From NCBI GenBank assembly GCA_001793235.1, contig MGHM01000020.1, positions 33,677 to 97,676 on the forward strand: a DNA stretch of 64,000 nucleotides. Reading direction: 5' to 3'. The notes under the pieces were generated by a model. It did not search any database, had not been told where the DNA came from, and was given only the letters and a program-made list of their open reading frames with translations. The translations under genes and the position numbers were made by a program. Origin of the DNA: Candidatus Woesebacteria bacterium RIFCSPLOWO2_01_FULL_44_24b. Lineage in GTDB: Bacteria; Patescibacteriota; Microgenomatia; UBA8517. This document shows, in pieces, positions 56,462 to 64,000 of the stretch; positions within the stretch are counted from its first letter, which is position 1; every line of letters starts with the position of its first letter.

Positions 56462-57545
56462 ATTTTTGTATTATACTCCTAACTTCATTCTCAAATCTCT
56501 CTTTGCTAAATTTCTTTGCGTGATTCCTGATAACATCTTTATTCCACTTTATCTTTTCTGACTTCTTAATGGCCTTAGCAATTGCCTCAGTGGTTAATTC
56601 ATTGAAGAATAAACCAGTCTTTCCTTCCACCACGCTTTCCAAATAGCCTTCTGCACGAAACGCAATAGTTGGCGTTCCGTAACTTGCGGCTTCCAAGGGA
56701 GTCATGCCAAAGTCCTCATCTTTCTGGGCAACTATGAAAGCATTTGCATTTGTGTACAAATTGGCTAACTCATCATCTGAAACTCGCCCAAGGAACTCAA
56801 CTTTATTACTCGCAATTTTTCTTAAGTTTTTTTCTTCAACCCCTGAGCCAAAAATCTTCAATTTAACATCAGCTTTTTTACAAGCTTTGATAATTAAATC
56901 AAAATTTTTAGTCCTCACCATTCTGCCGCCGGTTAAATAATGTGTAGAATGTAGCATGTAGGATGTAGCATGGGGAGATTCAATAGGCGGATACACAACA
57001 GCGTAATCCTTGCGCCTGTAAAACTTCTCAATTCGCCTGCCAACATTTTTAGAGTTTGCAATAAAATATGTCACTTTTTGAGCCTGAGTAAAGTCATACA
57101 TTCTCATAAAGTGATTGACGACCAAAGCGTAAATTTTGACAGCACCGGCAAACCACAAACTTTGCCAGTCGCGTGAAGTGTCATATCCCCACAAATATCT
57201 TGGCGGCGTATGAAGGTAACAAATCTCTTTTTTAGCGCCCTTCATGCCCTTGGTTACAGCCCAAGAGGCGCTTGTTATCACTAAATCATATTTTGAAAAG
57301 TTGAAACTATTCCAAACCAAGGGAACCAAAAACCGCAAAGGAGAAATAAGTTTATCTGCAAAAGGCAAATACGAAAACCAAGACTGAATTATTTTTTTAT
57401 CTTTAAATTCTTTCCCACATGGAGAGTCTTTTTTAAAATAAATTGTATAAATTGGAGCCTTGGGATAAATCTCAGAAAGCGCCAAAAGCACTCTCTCCGC
57501 TCCCCCAAATTCGTTTAGATAATCGTGTACCAGTGCAATTCGCAT
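56445..57545 (-). CDS. Family 4 glycosyltransferase
   Basis: 'MRIALVHDYLNEFGGAERVL' (GT4 N-terminus) and 'EDFGMTPLEAASYGTPTIA' (E-x7-E). The start is taken at 57545; the ORF-track start at 57563 reads into the heptamer repeat. An in-frame heptamer repeat copy lies at 56941-56976. Confidence 0.8.
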   Translation of the reverse strand: MRIALVHDYLNEFGGAERVLLALSEIYPKAPIYTIYFKKDSPCGKEFKDKKIIQSWFSYLPFADKLISPLRFLVPLVWNSFNFSKYDLVITSASWAVTKGMKGAKKEICYLHTPPRYLWGYDTSRDWQSLWFAGAVKIYALVVNHFMRMYDFTQAQKVTYFIANSKNVGRRIEKFYRRKDYAVVYPPIESPHATSYMLHSTHYLTGGRMVRTKNFDLIIKACKKADVKLKIFGSGVEEKNLRKIASNKVEFLGRVSDDELANLYTNANAFIVAQKDEDFGMTPLEAASYGTPTIAFRAEGYLESVVEGKTGLFFNELTTEAIAKAIKKSEKIKWNKDVIRNHAKKFSKERFENEVRSIIQKYAGTS

Positions 57546-57584
57546 ACATGTAGAATGTAGCATGTAGAACGTAGAATGGGAATT
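57546..57584. repeat. Left terminal inverted repeat of the IVS-like cassette (heptamer 'NATGTAG' units ending 'ATGGGAATT')
   Basis: 'acatgtagaatgtagcatgtagaacgtagaatgggaatt' abuts the stop codon of the four-helix-bundle ORF at one end and the GT4 start codon at the other. Confidence 0.6.
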
Positions 57585-57951
57585 ATTCCTTGTTCCGAAT
57601 GCTTTTAATCAAACCCGTTAATAACTTGTGAACTGTTACTGTTAATTCTGCGGTCTCTTCAAACTTATCTTTCTTCAAATAACCCAAATCTTTAGAAATA
57701 AGAAGCTGGTTTTGAAGCTCGGACAATGAACCTTGAGCCATGTAATAAAATTGCATCTTTTCCTGTTTGCCTCTTCTTCCAAAGCCTTCTGCAATATTGC
57801 TTGTTATCGAAACAGCAGCTCGTTGCATTTGATTCGTTAAAGAAAACCTCTCTTTTTCGGGAAACTGATTGGTAATTTTGTATATTATCAGGACCAGCTT
57901 ATGTCCTTCCCTCCACGCATTTAGCTCTGTAAATTTGGTGATTGTCCCCAT
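57583..57951 (-). CDS. Four-helix-bundle protein of the '23S rRNA intervening-sequence protein' / DGR Avd family
   Basis: 'TELNAWREGHKLVLIIYKITNQFPEKERFSLTNQMQRAAVSITSNIAEGFGR...FYYMAQGSLSELQNQLLISKDLGYL' matches the conserved pattern of the IVS-protein family (TIGR02436 / PF05635-like). Confidence 0.75.
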   Translation of the reverse strand: MGTITKFTELNAWREGHKLVLIIYKITNQFPEKERFSLTNQMQRAAVSITSNIAEGFGRRGKQEKMQFYYMAQGSLSELQNQLLISKDLGYLKKDKFEETAELTVTVHKLLTGLIKSIRNKE

Positions 57952-57990
57952 GCTACATACTACTTTCTACTTGCTACATCAGAGCAGACT
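57952..57990. repeat. Right terminal inverted repeat of the IVS-like cassette
   Basis: 'gctacatactactttctacttgctacatcagagcagac' is the reverse complement of the left arm pattern ('gatgtagcaagtagaaagtagtatgtagcATGGGGAca'). It starts 1 nt after the ORF start codon and overlaps the last codons of the exonuclease gene. Confidence 0.6.
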
Positions 57991-58884
57991 CATCTGTTTT
58001 TCCTCTTCTACTTTCTTCCCCACTTCTTTCACTCTTCGGCTTAATGTTCGAAAACCGTATTGTTCGAAAAGCTGTGTTACTTTATCCGAATCAAGCTGCC
58101 AAGACTTGGCTTTCCCCAAGTCAAAGTTAATATCAACATCCGTTACAATTTTTGCTAAGGTTTGTGATTGATAAGCCGAGTCTTTAAAAGTAGTTAGTTT
58201 TTCTTTAAGCTTTTCGGGCAGCTCGTCCAAATACTTATAAATATTATCTAAAGTTTTGTATTTTGCCAGAAGTGTGACCGCGGTTTTGGGACCAATACCG
58301 GGCACTCCTTTATAGTTGTCTGAAGGGTCCCCAACCAGTGCTTTAAAATCCACTATCTGCCCGGGCCCCACTCCCATTCGCTCAACGGTTTCTTTGACTC
58401 CAAACTCCTTGGCGTCCGTAAGACCCTTGAGAGGCATATACAAAAACGTCTCCCCTTTTTCATCAACAAGCTGGAGCATATCGCGGTCCCCGGTAATTAT
58501 TAAGGTTTTTATTTTGGCTTTTTTCACTTTCTCGGCAATGCTTCCGATAACATCATCCGCCTCAAAGCCTGCTTTATCATAAATCGGAATTCCCAGGGCA
58601 CGAATTACATTTTGAGCTTTTTCAAACTGAGTCGAAAGCGCCTCCTCCATTTCCGGTCTCTGTGCCTGATAACTTTCAAGAATCTTTTTTCTAAAAGTGG
58701 GTTCCGGGCGGTCAAAAGCAAAGATAATGTGCGTGGGGGCCACATCCTGAATAACTTTCAAAAGCATGGAAATAAGCCCATAAACGGCATTAATGGGCTC
58801 GCCGTTTCGAGCAGTTAACGGAGGCAGGGCATGATAAGCCCTGTGCATTATGGCGTTGCCGTCAAATAATACAAGTTTGTTCAT
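57979..58884 (-). CDS. 5'-3' exonuclease (standalone Pol I N-terminal / FEN-like domain)
   Basis: 'LVLFDGNAIMHRAYHA', acidic metal-binding residues 'GFEADDVIGS...ITGDRDMLQL' and a helix-hairpin-helix 'GVPGIGPKTAVTLL'. Confidence 0.85.
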   Translation of the reverse strand: MNKLVLFDGNAIMHRAYHALPPLTARNGEPINAVYGLISMLLKVIQDVAPTHIIFAFDRPEPTFRKKILESYQAQRPEMEEALSTQFEKAQNVIRALGIPIYDKAGFEADDVIGSIAEKVKKAKIKTLIITGDRDMLQLVDEKGETFLYMPLKGLTDAKEFGVKETVERMGVGPGQIVDFKALVGDPSDNYKGVPGIGPKTAVTLLAKYKTLDNIYKYLDELPEKLKEKLTTFKDSAYQSQTLAKIVTDVDINFDLGKAKSWQLDSDKVTQLFEQYGFRTLSRRVKEVGKKVEEEKQMSLL

Positions 58885-59114
58885 TTTTCAGAACTTAATA
58901 ACTTAAAGTATTCTTCTCTTGAGATTTTAGCAGTTCTTAGATTATTTTGAACTATAAACGTGGGGACTTGTTTATACATTGGAATTAAAATGGGACGAAC
59001 AAAGCCTTTCTTTATATAAACTAGGTGATCTCCTTTTGTTCTTATGTATTTCCACCCTGATTTTTCAAACACTCCTGCAAGTTTTTTCCAATGAACTGGC
59101 GCAACATGAGGCAT
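58881..59114 (-). CDS. HicA-family toxin (mRNA interferase)
   Basis: 'HWKKLAGVFEKSGWKYIRTKGDHLVYIK...ILIPMYKQVPTFIVQNNLRTAKISREEYFKLL' is a YcfA/HicA fold. Confidence 0.65.
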   Translation of the reverse strand: MPHVAPVHWKKLAGVFEKSGWKYIRTKGDHLVYIKKGFVRPILIPMYKQVPTFIVQNNLRTAKISREEYFKLLSSEK

Positions 59115-59117
59115 TGA

Positions 59118-59399
59118 TTAATTGACAGCAGGAAATCTAAATGGTTCAAAAATAATTCGCGGAGACTTCCAATTTTTCTTCTCTTTCTCAAAACCTGCTT
59201 CTTCCAAAAGCTGATTTAATTTGCCTTTCTTTTCAGCTTCCTCAAGAACTATTTCAACTGCTTCGTGAAGGTTTTTCCGAGCTTTTTCTTCAGTCTTGCC
59301 ACATGAGCTTACATCGAGCTCGGGATTATATGCTACATACGGCGCTTCTTTTGAGCGCCCGTCATACATCATCTTTATTGTCATTGGTAGGTTTTGCAT
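59118..59399 (-). CDS. HicB-family antitoxin
   Basis: 'YVAYNPELDVSSCGKTEEKARKNLHEAVEIVLEEA' is an RNase H-like HicB N-terminal domain; it is adjacent to HicA. Confidence 0.6.
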   Translation of the reverse strand: MQNLPMTIKMMYDGRSKEAPYVAYNPELDVSSCGKTEEKARKNLHEAVEIVLEEAEKKGKLNQLLEEAGFEKEKKNWKSPRIIFEPFRFPAVN

Positions 59400-59462
59400 A
59401 AGTGGATTATACCATAAAAATCTACTTATTGACTTCGTTATTTATTTGGATTTTAATGCATT

Positions 59463-60044
59463 ATGGCCCAAAACAACATTGAGGTTGAAATAAAAATTCA
59501 ACTTTCCAAGGCCGAGTTTGATGACATTAAAAAGAAAATAAAAAAGACTTCAAAGTTCGTTAAATCATCTCACCACGTTGATAGTTATTATAATTCTGGC
59601 CATAAAAATTTTCTCAAGCCAAAATATCCATACGAGTGGCTGAGTATCAGGGCCAGGGACGGCAAAATACTTTTAAACTATAAGCATTGGTACCCTGAAG
59701 GCGTGAAGCACACCACTCATTGCAATGAATATGAAACGGAAGTCTCCGACAAAGTGCAGCTCAAAAAGATACTGCACGCACTTGAAATCAAAGAAATTAT
59801 TACGGTGGATAAAAAAAGAGAAACATACATTTATAAAAAGACAATCGAAATTGCTTTCGATGAAGTTGTGGGCTTGGGCTATTTTCTTGAGGCAGAATCT
59901 CTCAAAAATTCGGGCGGGGTAGAAAAAACTTACAAAAAACTTGAGAGGTTTGTAAAGTCCCTTGGAGTAAATGAAATAAAAACAATTCCCGGAGGCTATG
60001 CCGCTGCCATGATGAGAAAAAAGGGATTAATGAAAGCTAGCTAA
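59463..60044 (+). CDS. CYTH-domain protein (triphosphate tunnel metalloenzyme / class IV adenylate cyclase-like)
   Basis: N-terminal 'IEVEIKIQL' (the ExExK motif) and a beta-barrel pattern. Confidence 0.7.
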   Translation: MAQNNIEVEIKIQLSKAEFDDIKKKIKKTSKFVKSSHHVDSYYNSGHKNFLKPKYPYEWLSIRARDGKILLNYKHWYPEGVKHTTHCNEYETEVSDKVQLKKILHALEIKEIITVDKKRETYIYKKTIEIAFDEVVGLGYFLEAESLKNSGGVEKTYKKLERFVKSLGVNEIKTIPGGYAAAMMRKKGLMKAS

Positions 60045-61884
60045 GGCCTTCGCCGTTTTCTTTCTTCCCCACAATCTTTTCAAAATCATCTTGGTCGAGA
60101 GTTTCTTTTTCAAGAAGTCCTGCGGCCACTTTGTCTAAAAGTTTCCTGTTTTTTTTGACGAGTTCAATGGCTTTTTTATGAGCCACTTCCATAAACTCAC
60201 TGACTTCAAGGTCAACGCGCTCCTTCATAGCCTCTGAAACATCCCCGGACTCCCATGGAAGAGTATTAGCCGCGTCTTCCCCTTGATACCCGAGGTTCAC
60301 GGGTCCGAGTTTACTCATACCAAAGTCTGTAACCATTGCACGCGCCAGAGCAGTTGCATGCTCAATGTCATTTGAAGCTCCTGCCGTCATCTCATCAAAC
60401 ACAACTTCCTCAGCGGCGCGGCCCCCAAGCATGGCGGCAATCTGGTCCAGAAGACGACTCCTGGTCTCGTGAGTTCTATCATGCGCCGGTGGAATTAAAG
60501 TGTGTCCCAAGCTCATGCCGCGGGCAACGATTGATATTCTCTGAACAGGATCGGTCTTAACCAGAAAGTGAGTAACGATTGCGTGCCCCGCTTCATGATA
60601 CGCAGTCAGTCTTTTATCCTCCTCAGACTGAAGCCGTTTCTTGGCCGGGCCAAGCTTGACCTTTGTCGCTGCTTCTTCAATGTCGCTCATCTCCACTGCC
60701 TCTTTATCCTCTCGGGCCGCGGCAATTGCTGCCTCATTGAGCATATTTTCTAGGTCAGCCCCGGAAAAGCCAACGGTGCGGTCAGCAATTCTCCCCCAAT
60801 TAATATCCTTGCCAAATTTTTTATTTTTGGCATGAATGTGAAGAATCGCCAGCCTTCCTTCTTTGTCGGGCATATCCAAAACCACCCGGCGGTCAAAGCG
60901 CCCGGGGCGGAGTAAGGCCGGGTCCAGCAAATCCCCACGGTTTGTTGCCGCAATTACGGCAACATTGTCATTTGGCGTAAAGCCGTCCATCTCAACCAGA
61001 ATCTGATTCAAGGTCTGCTCGCGCTCATCATGCCCGCCCATGACTCCGCGGCCGCGCTGCCTGCCAATCGCGTCAATCTCATCAATGAATATAATGGACG
61101 GCGCTTGGGCTTTGGCTTGTGCAAAAAGATCACGCACGCGGGAAGCTCCAACACCAACGAGCATCTCCATGAACTCCGAGCCCGCCATTGAAAAAAATGG
61201 CACTCCCGTTTCTCCAGCTACCGCGCGTGCCAGAAGGGTTTTACCTACACCTGCCGGTCCAAACAGGAGCACGCCTTTTGGAGTCCGCGCACCTATTTTA
61301 GTGTACTTAGTTGGGTTTTTCAAAAAATCAACCACTTCCTCGAGTTCCTTTTTTGCATCATCCACACCGGCTACATCCTTAAAAGTCACCGACTGCTTGC
61401 CTTTGGCAAAAAGCTTAGCTTTACTTCGGCCAAAGCTAAATATCTCCTGTGCGCCTCGTGATTGCATTCTAAAAATTACCATAAATATTACAGCAACCAC
61501 AATGAGCGGCAAAACTATGCCGACAACTTCGGCAATTGCCCGCGAAATGGTTTGGTCAGAGACAGTATAGTCAACACCCGCCGGGTCAATGCCCGAGCGC
61601 TCCAAAAGCTCGGGGAAGCTGACACTGGCCTCCTTGGTAGAAACTTTTTCCGACCCATCTTTGTAAGTTAATGCTAGGCGCTCCGTCTCCACTTCGACCA
61701 TTTCCACTTGGCCGTCTTTAATGTCCTCCAATGCTTGTGAAAGCTCAAGTTTGCTCTCGTCAATTCTGGTCTGAAACAAAACTCGAAAAAATGGGGCCAT
61801 AAAAAGTACAAGAAGCCCAAGAATTGCAATCCTCCAGAGATTTATTTTAAATTTAAGCTCAATTCTTTTCTTTTTAGTTGCCAT
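60037..61884 (-). CDS. ftsH: ATP-dependent zinc metalloprotease FtsH
   Basis: Two N-terminal transmembrane segments, AAA '[20 protein letters not shown]', second region of homology (SRH) and 'HEAGHA' zinc site. Confidence 0.9.
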   Translation of the reverse strand: MATKKKRIELKFKINLWRIAILGLLVLFMAPFFRVLFQTRIDESKLELSQALEDIKDGQVEMVEVETERLALTYKDGSEKVSTKEASVSFPELLERSGIDPAGVDYTVSDQTISRAIAEVVGIVLPLIVVAVIFMVIFRMQSRGAQEIFSFGRSKAKLFAKGKQSVTFKDVAGVDDAKKELEEVVDFLKNPTKYTKIGARTPKGVLLFGPAGVGKTLLARAVAGETGVPFFSMAGSEFMEMLVGVGASRVRDLFAQAKAQAPSIIFIDEIDAIGRQRGRGVMGGHDEREQTLNQILVEMDGFTPNDNVAVIAATNRGDLLDPALLRPGRFDRRVVLDMPDKEGRLAILHIHAKNKKFGKDINWGRIADRTVGFSGADLENMLNEAAIAAAREDKEAVEMSDIEEAATKVKLGPAKKRLQSEEDKRLTAYHEAGHAIVTHFLVKTDPVQRISIVARGMSLGHTLIPPAHDRTHETRSRLLDQIAAMLGGRAAEEVVFDEMTAGASNDIEHATALARAMVTDFGMSKLGPVNLGYQGEDAANTLPWESGDVSEAMKERVDLEVSEFMEVAHKKAIELVKKNRKLLDKVAAGLLEKETLDQDDFEKIVGKKENGEGLS

Positions 61885-61903
61885 CAGTTACAGATTATAT
61901 CAC

Positions 61904-62257
61904 TCATCTCACCTTAGTGCCATTGGGGACGACCTCGGGTAAATTAAAAAGTATCGGTTTAGTTTCTTCATCGTCCTTGGGAACAGCCATAAGCATCATG
62001 CCTTCGCTAAAGTCCCCTTCCGACCCGATTTTTTTAGGTTTTAAGTTAACAATAAACGGAAATTGTTTACCAGTTAAATCCTCCGGCGCATAAAACTTCA
62101 TAATGCCGGAAAATATTGTGCGCTCGCCAATTTCCTCCCCCAAGTCGACTGTTAATTTAATCACCCAATGGCTCCACTCGGGAACTTCTGCTTTGGTTAC
62201 AGTCCCAACCCGAATATTCAACTTTTGAAAGTCGTCTATTGATACCTCATCACTCAT
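61904..62257 (-). CDS. tRNA-binding protein (CsaA/Trbp111, EMAP-II-like OB fold)
   Basis: 'FQKLNIRVGTVTKAEVPEWSHWVIKLTVDLGEE' is the Myf-domain pattern. Confidence 0.7.
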   Translation of the reverse strand: MSDEVSIDDFQKLNIRVGTVTKAEVPEWSHWVIKLTVDLGEEIGERTIFSGIMKFYAPEDLTGKQFPFIVNLKPKKIGSEGDFSEGMMLMAVPKDDEETKPILFNLPEVVPNGTKVR

Positions 62258-62299
62258 TTTATGAAACCCACTTTCTCATAAGCAAAGCTTGTGTCAAAA

Positions 62300-63283
62300 T
62301 TAGCTAACGAAGCCAATTTTGTCATAAACTTCAGTAAGTTTCTTGTGAGAAATTTCCTGCGCCTTTTTTGCCCCACCCCGCAACGTCTCCAATAATTTAT
62401 TGTCATCACCGCGAATTTGAGCATATTTTTCTTGAATTGGTTTAAGTTTTTCAACAACTATATCGGCAACTTTTGACTTAAAGTCACCGTAAGACAAGCC
62501 TTGCATCTGGCGCTCGGAGTCTTCCATACTAGTTTCGGCAAACTCAGAATGTATACTTAATAAATTAGTAATTCCGGGCTTTTCCGGGGAAGCTTTAACT
62601 TCGGCACCACTATCAGTTACGGCAGACATTATTTTTTTTCTAACTACATCCGGCTCGTCAAATAGAAAAACCGAAGCACTTGTGTTGGGGTCACTTTTGC
62701 TCATTTTTTTTTCTGGATCGACAAGGCTCATAATCCGAGCACCCGTTTCACCGACAACAGGCTCCGGAAGCAAAAATGTTTCCCCATAGCGAGAGTTAAA
62801 GCGCTCAGCAACATCTCGAGCGAGCTCTACGTGCTGTTTTTGGTCGTCCCCGATGGGTACATGCGTGGTGCTATAAAGGATAATATCGGCAGCCATAAGG
62901 GCGGGATAATCAAAAAGGCCAACATTTACAAACTGCTTTCCTTCGGACTTATCCTTAAACTGAGTCATTCTACTCATCTGGCCCATCGAGATATTACAGT
63001 TTGCAATCCAGCCTCCGTTTGCATGGTCAGCATTCATAGACTGAACAAAAAGTATTGATTTTTCCTGATCAATTCCGGCAGCCAGAAGAAACGCCGCAGT
63101 GCTAAGAGTGTTTTCTCGCAATACTTTAGGGTCCTGCTCCACGGTTATTGCGTGCATATCAACAACACAAAAGATATTAAGGCCATCATCCTGCCCCTTT
63201 GCCCAGTGCCGCACAGCTCCCAAGTAATTACCAATATGAAGATTCCCCGAGGGCTGTATGCCAGAAAAAACAACCTTTGCCAT
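62300..63283 (-). CDS. trpS: Tryptophan--tRNA ligase
   Basis: HIGH-class 'SGIQPSGNLHIGNYLGA' and 'KMSKS'. Confidence 0.9.
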   Translation of the reverse strand: MAKVVFSGIQPSGNLHIGNYLGAVRHWAKGQDDGLNIFCVVDMHAITVEQDPKVLRENTLSTAAFLLAAGIDQEKSILFVQSMNADHANGGWIANCNISMGQMSRMTQFKDKSEGKQFVNVGLFDYPALMAADIILYSTTHVPIGDDQKQHVELARDVAERFNSRYGETFLLPEPVVGETGARIMSLVDPEKKMSKSDPNTSASVFLFDEPDVVRKKIMSAVTDSGAEVKASPEKPGITNLLSIHSEFAETSMEDSERQMQGLSYGDFKSKVADIVVEKLKPIQEKYAQIRGDDNKLLETLRGGAKKAQEISHKKLTEVYDKIGFVS

Positions 63284-63498
63284 TAGGCTATGTTAGCTTA
63301 AATTGAAGTAAATTGGAAGTTAAAATTTGTTGCCTCACGCTGCCTGAGTGCCCGACTCGAACGGGACGCCAAGTCGTAAGTGTTTAGGGTAGCTAATCCG
63401 ATATTCCTCTCACGACGTATCGGGTAATACTCGATTGCTAACCGTACCCACAAAGGGACCGACCCTTTGCCAATCCTCAGGCAGAGAAAGGCAACAAG

Positions 63499-63571
63499 TA
63501 CCAGCGACAGGGATCGAACCTGTGACCCGCGGTTTATGATTCCGCTGCTCTACCAACTGAGCTACGCTGGC
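63499..63571 (-). tRNA. tRNA with CAU anticodon (elongator Met, or Ile2 if lysidinylated)
   Basis: Reverse complement 'GCCAGCGTAGCTCAGTTGGTAGAGCAGCGGAATCATAAACCGCGGGTCACAGGTTCGATCCCTGTCGCTGGTA' resembles E. coli tRNA-Met(m); anticodon loop 'ATCATAA'. Confidence 0.75.
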
Positions 63572-63639
63572 GCATCAACATATTTTATCAAACTTGCCTC
63601 AAGTTGACCACTCTGGTATCATATTCAAGCAAATAGCTA

Positions 63640-64000
63640 ATGTCTAACAGCTATTTTTACATGCGGGGTAGTGTACGGCTGCACGGAAGGCTCAAAATGG
63701 GCCCGTCTAGTAGCAATATTAGAATGAGAACTTGGCTATATCGGCGAAACCTAAATTATTAAACATGGCAACGCCGAGGAAAGGCCCCACTTAGCGGGGA
63801 ATCCGTAGAGACTATACGCCGAGCCCCATTAGATGAGAAATCTATCTAACGGGGATGACATAGTCCGACACTCACCGAAAGATGAGGTAACAGAAAAGCA
63901 TAATCTTCCAGACCGGGTCCGACTCCCGGCCCCGCAACAAGGCACAATTCTGCGCCTTGCTTCGGAGGGTACAGTACTGTACCCTCCTTCGCCAGGAGCT
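63640..64000. ncRNA. Candidate structured non-coding RNA (identity unresolved; RNase P RNA or similar possible), truncated by the window end
   Basis: 360 nt with no ORF of 60 aa or more on any frame; dense hairpins ('ccccacttagcgggg', 'ccccattagatgagaaatctatctaacgggg', 'ccgggtccgactcccgg') and a perfect 24-nt palindrome 'ggagggtacagtactgtaccctcc'; contains 'GAGGAAAGGCCCC' and 'GGTAACAGAAAAGC', which loosely resemble RNase P conserved regions I and V. Confidence 0.3.

Noticed and set aside
57583-57951. Possible diversity-generating retroelement, because the four-helix-bundle protein belongs to the Avd family
   Set aside because: No reverse transcriptase gene and no template/variable repeat pair differing only at adenines are present within 10 kb. 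The flanking repeats are inverted heptamer arrays, and the architecture fits an IVS-type cassette instead.

Overview
This 64-kb window looks like a small-genome, CPR/Patescibacteria-like bacterium; the lineage call is inference from gene content, which includes a type IV pilin, a sortase/LPXTG pair, an ATP-dependent DNA ligase and a standalone 5'-3' exonuclease. Coding density is high and most genes are on the minus strand.

The most notable structure is a split, intron-bearing rRNA locus on the minus strand. The 16S gene (~21317-23668) carries a group I intron at the E. coli 788 site with an intact LAGLIDADG homing endonuclease. The 23S gene (~6715-10762) carries a group I intron at ~L2500 whose LAGLIDADG endonuclease is frameshifted, plus an AT-rich ~130-nt expansion at the helix-45 intervening-sequence (IVS) site. 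A 5S gene follows at ~6522-6641. The 16S gene and the tRNA-Ala/23S/5S unit are separated by ~10.5 kb of protein-coding DNA that includes an inverted tRNA-Ile(GAU), an FtsK/TraD-like ATPase, a VapBC pair, an amber-interrupted NYN gene and a GC-rich secreted LysM protein. The two rRNA transcription units each appear to have their own promoter.

A second notable item is a compact IVS-like cassette at 57546-57990. A four-helix-bundle gene of the '23S rRNA intervening-sequence protein / Avd' family is bracketed exactly, stop codon to start codon, by ~38-nt terminal inverted repeats. The repeats are built from degenerate heptamers ('NATGTAG' units ending in 'ATGGGRA'). The same repeat recurs as an ORF-less inverted-repeat pair at 14300-14420, and as single arms lying in-frame inside pth and a GT4 glycosyltransferase gene, where both copies encode an 'AT(S/Y)YML(H/L)ST' peptide.

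Other content:
- Four type II toxin-antitoxin pairs: two VapBC, one Phd-VapC, one HicAB.
- A Fic protein.
- A DsbA/TrxB/TrxA redox cluster.
- A murD gene translationally coupled to an upstream PP-loop-like gene with a zinc ribbon.
- An alpha-glucan cluster: GT4 glycogen-synthase-like, GH57, GH15 and a ROK kinase.
- RadA, RecF, MutM, FtsH, TrpS, a P-type ATPase and a PQQ sugar dehydrogenase.
- Seven tRNAs.
- Two candidate structured ncRNAs, at 15800-16290 and at 63640-64000 (the latter truncated by the window edge).

No CRISPR array was seen. Coordinates for RNA features and intron boundaries are hand-derived and approximate to within about 10 nt.
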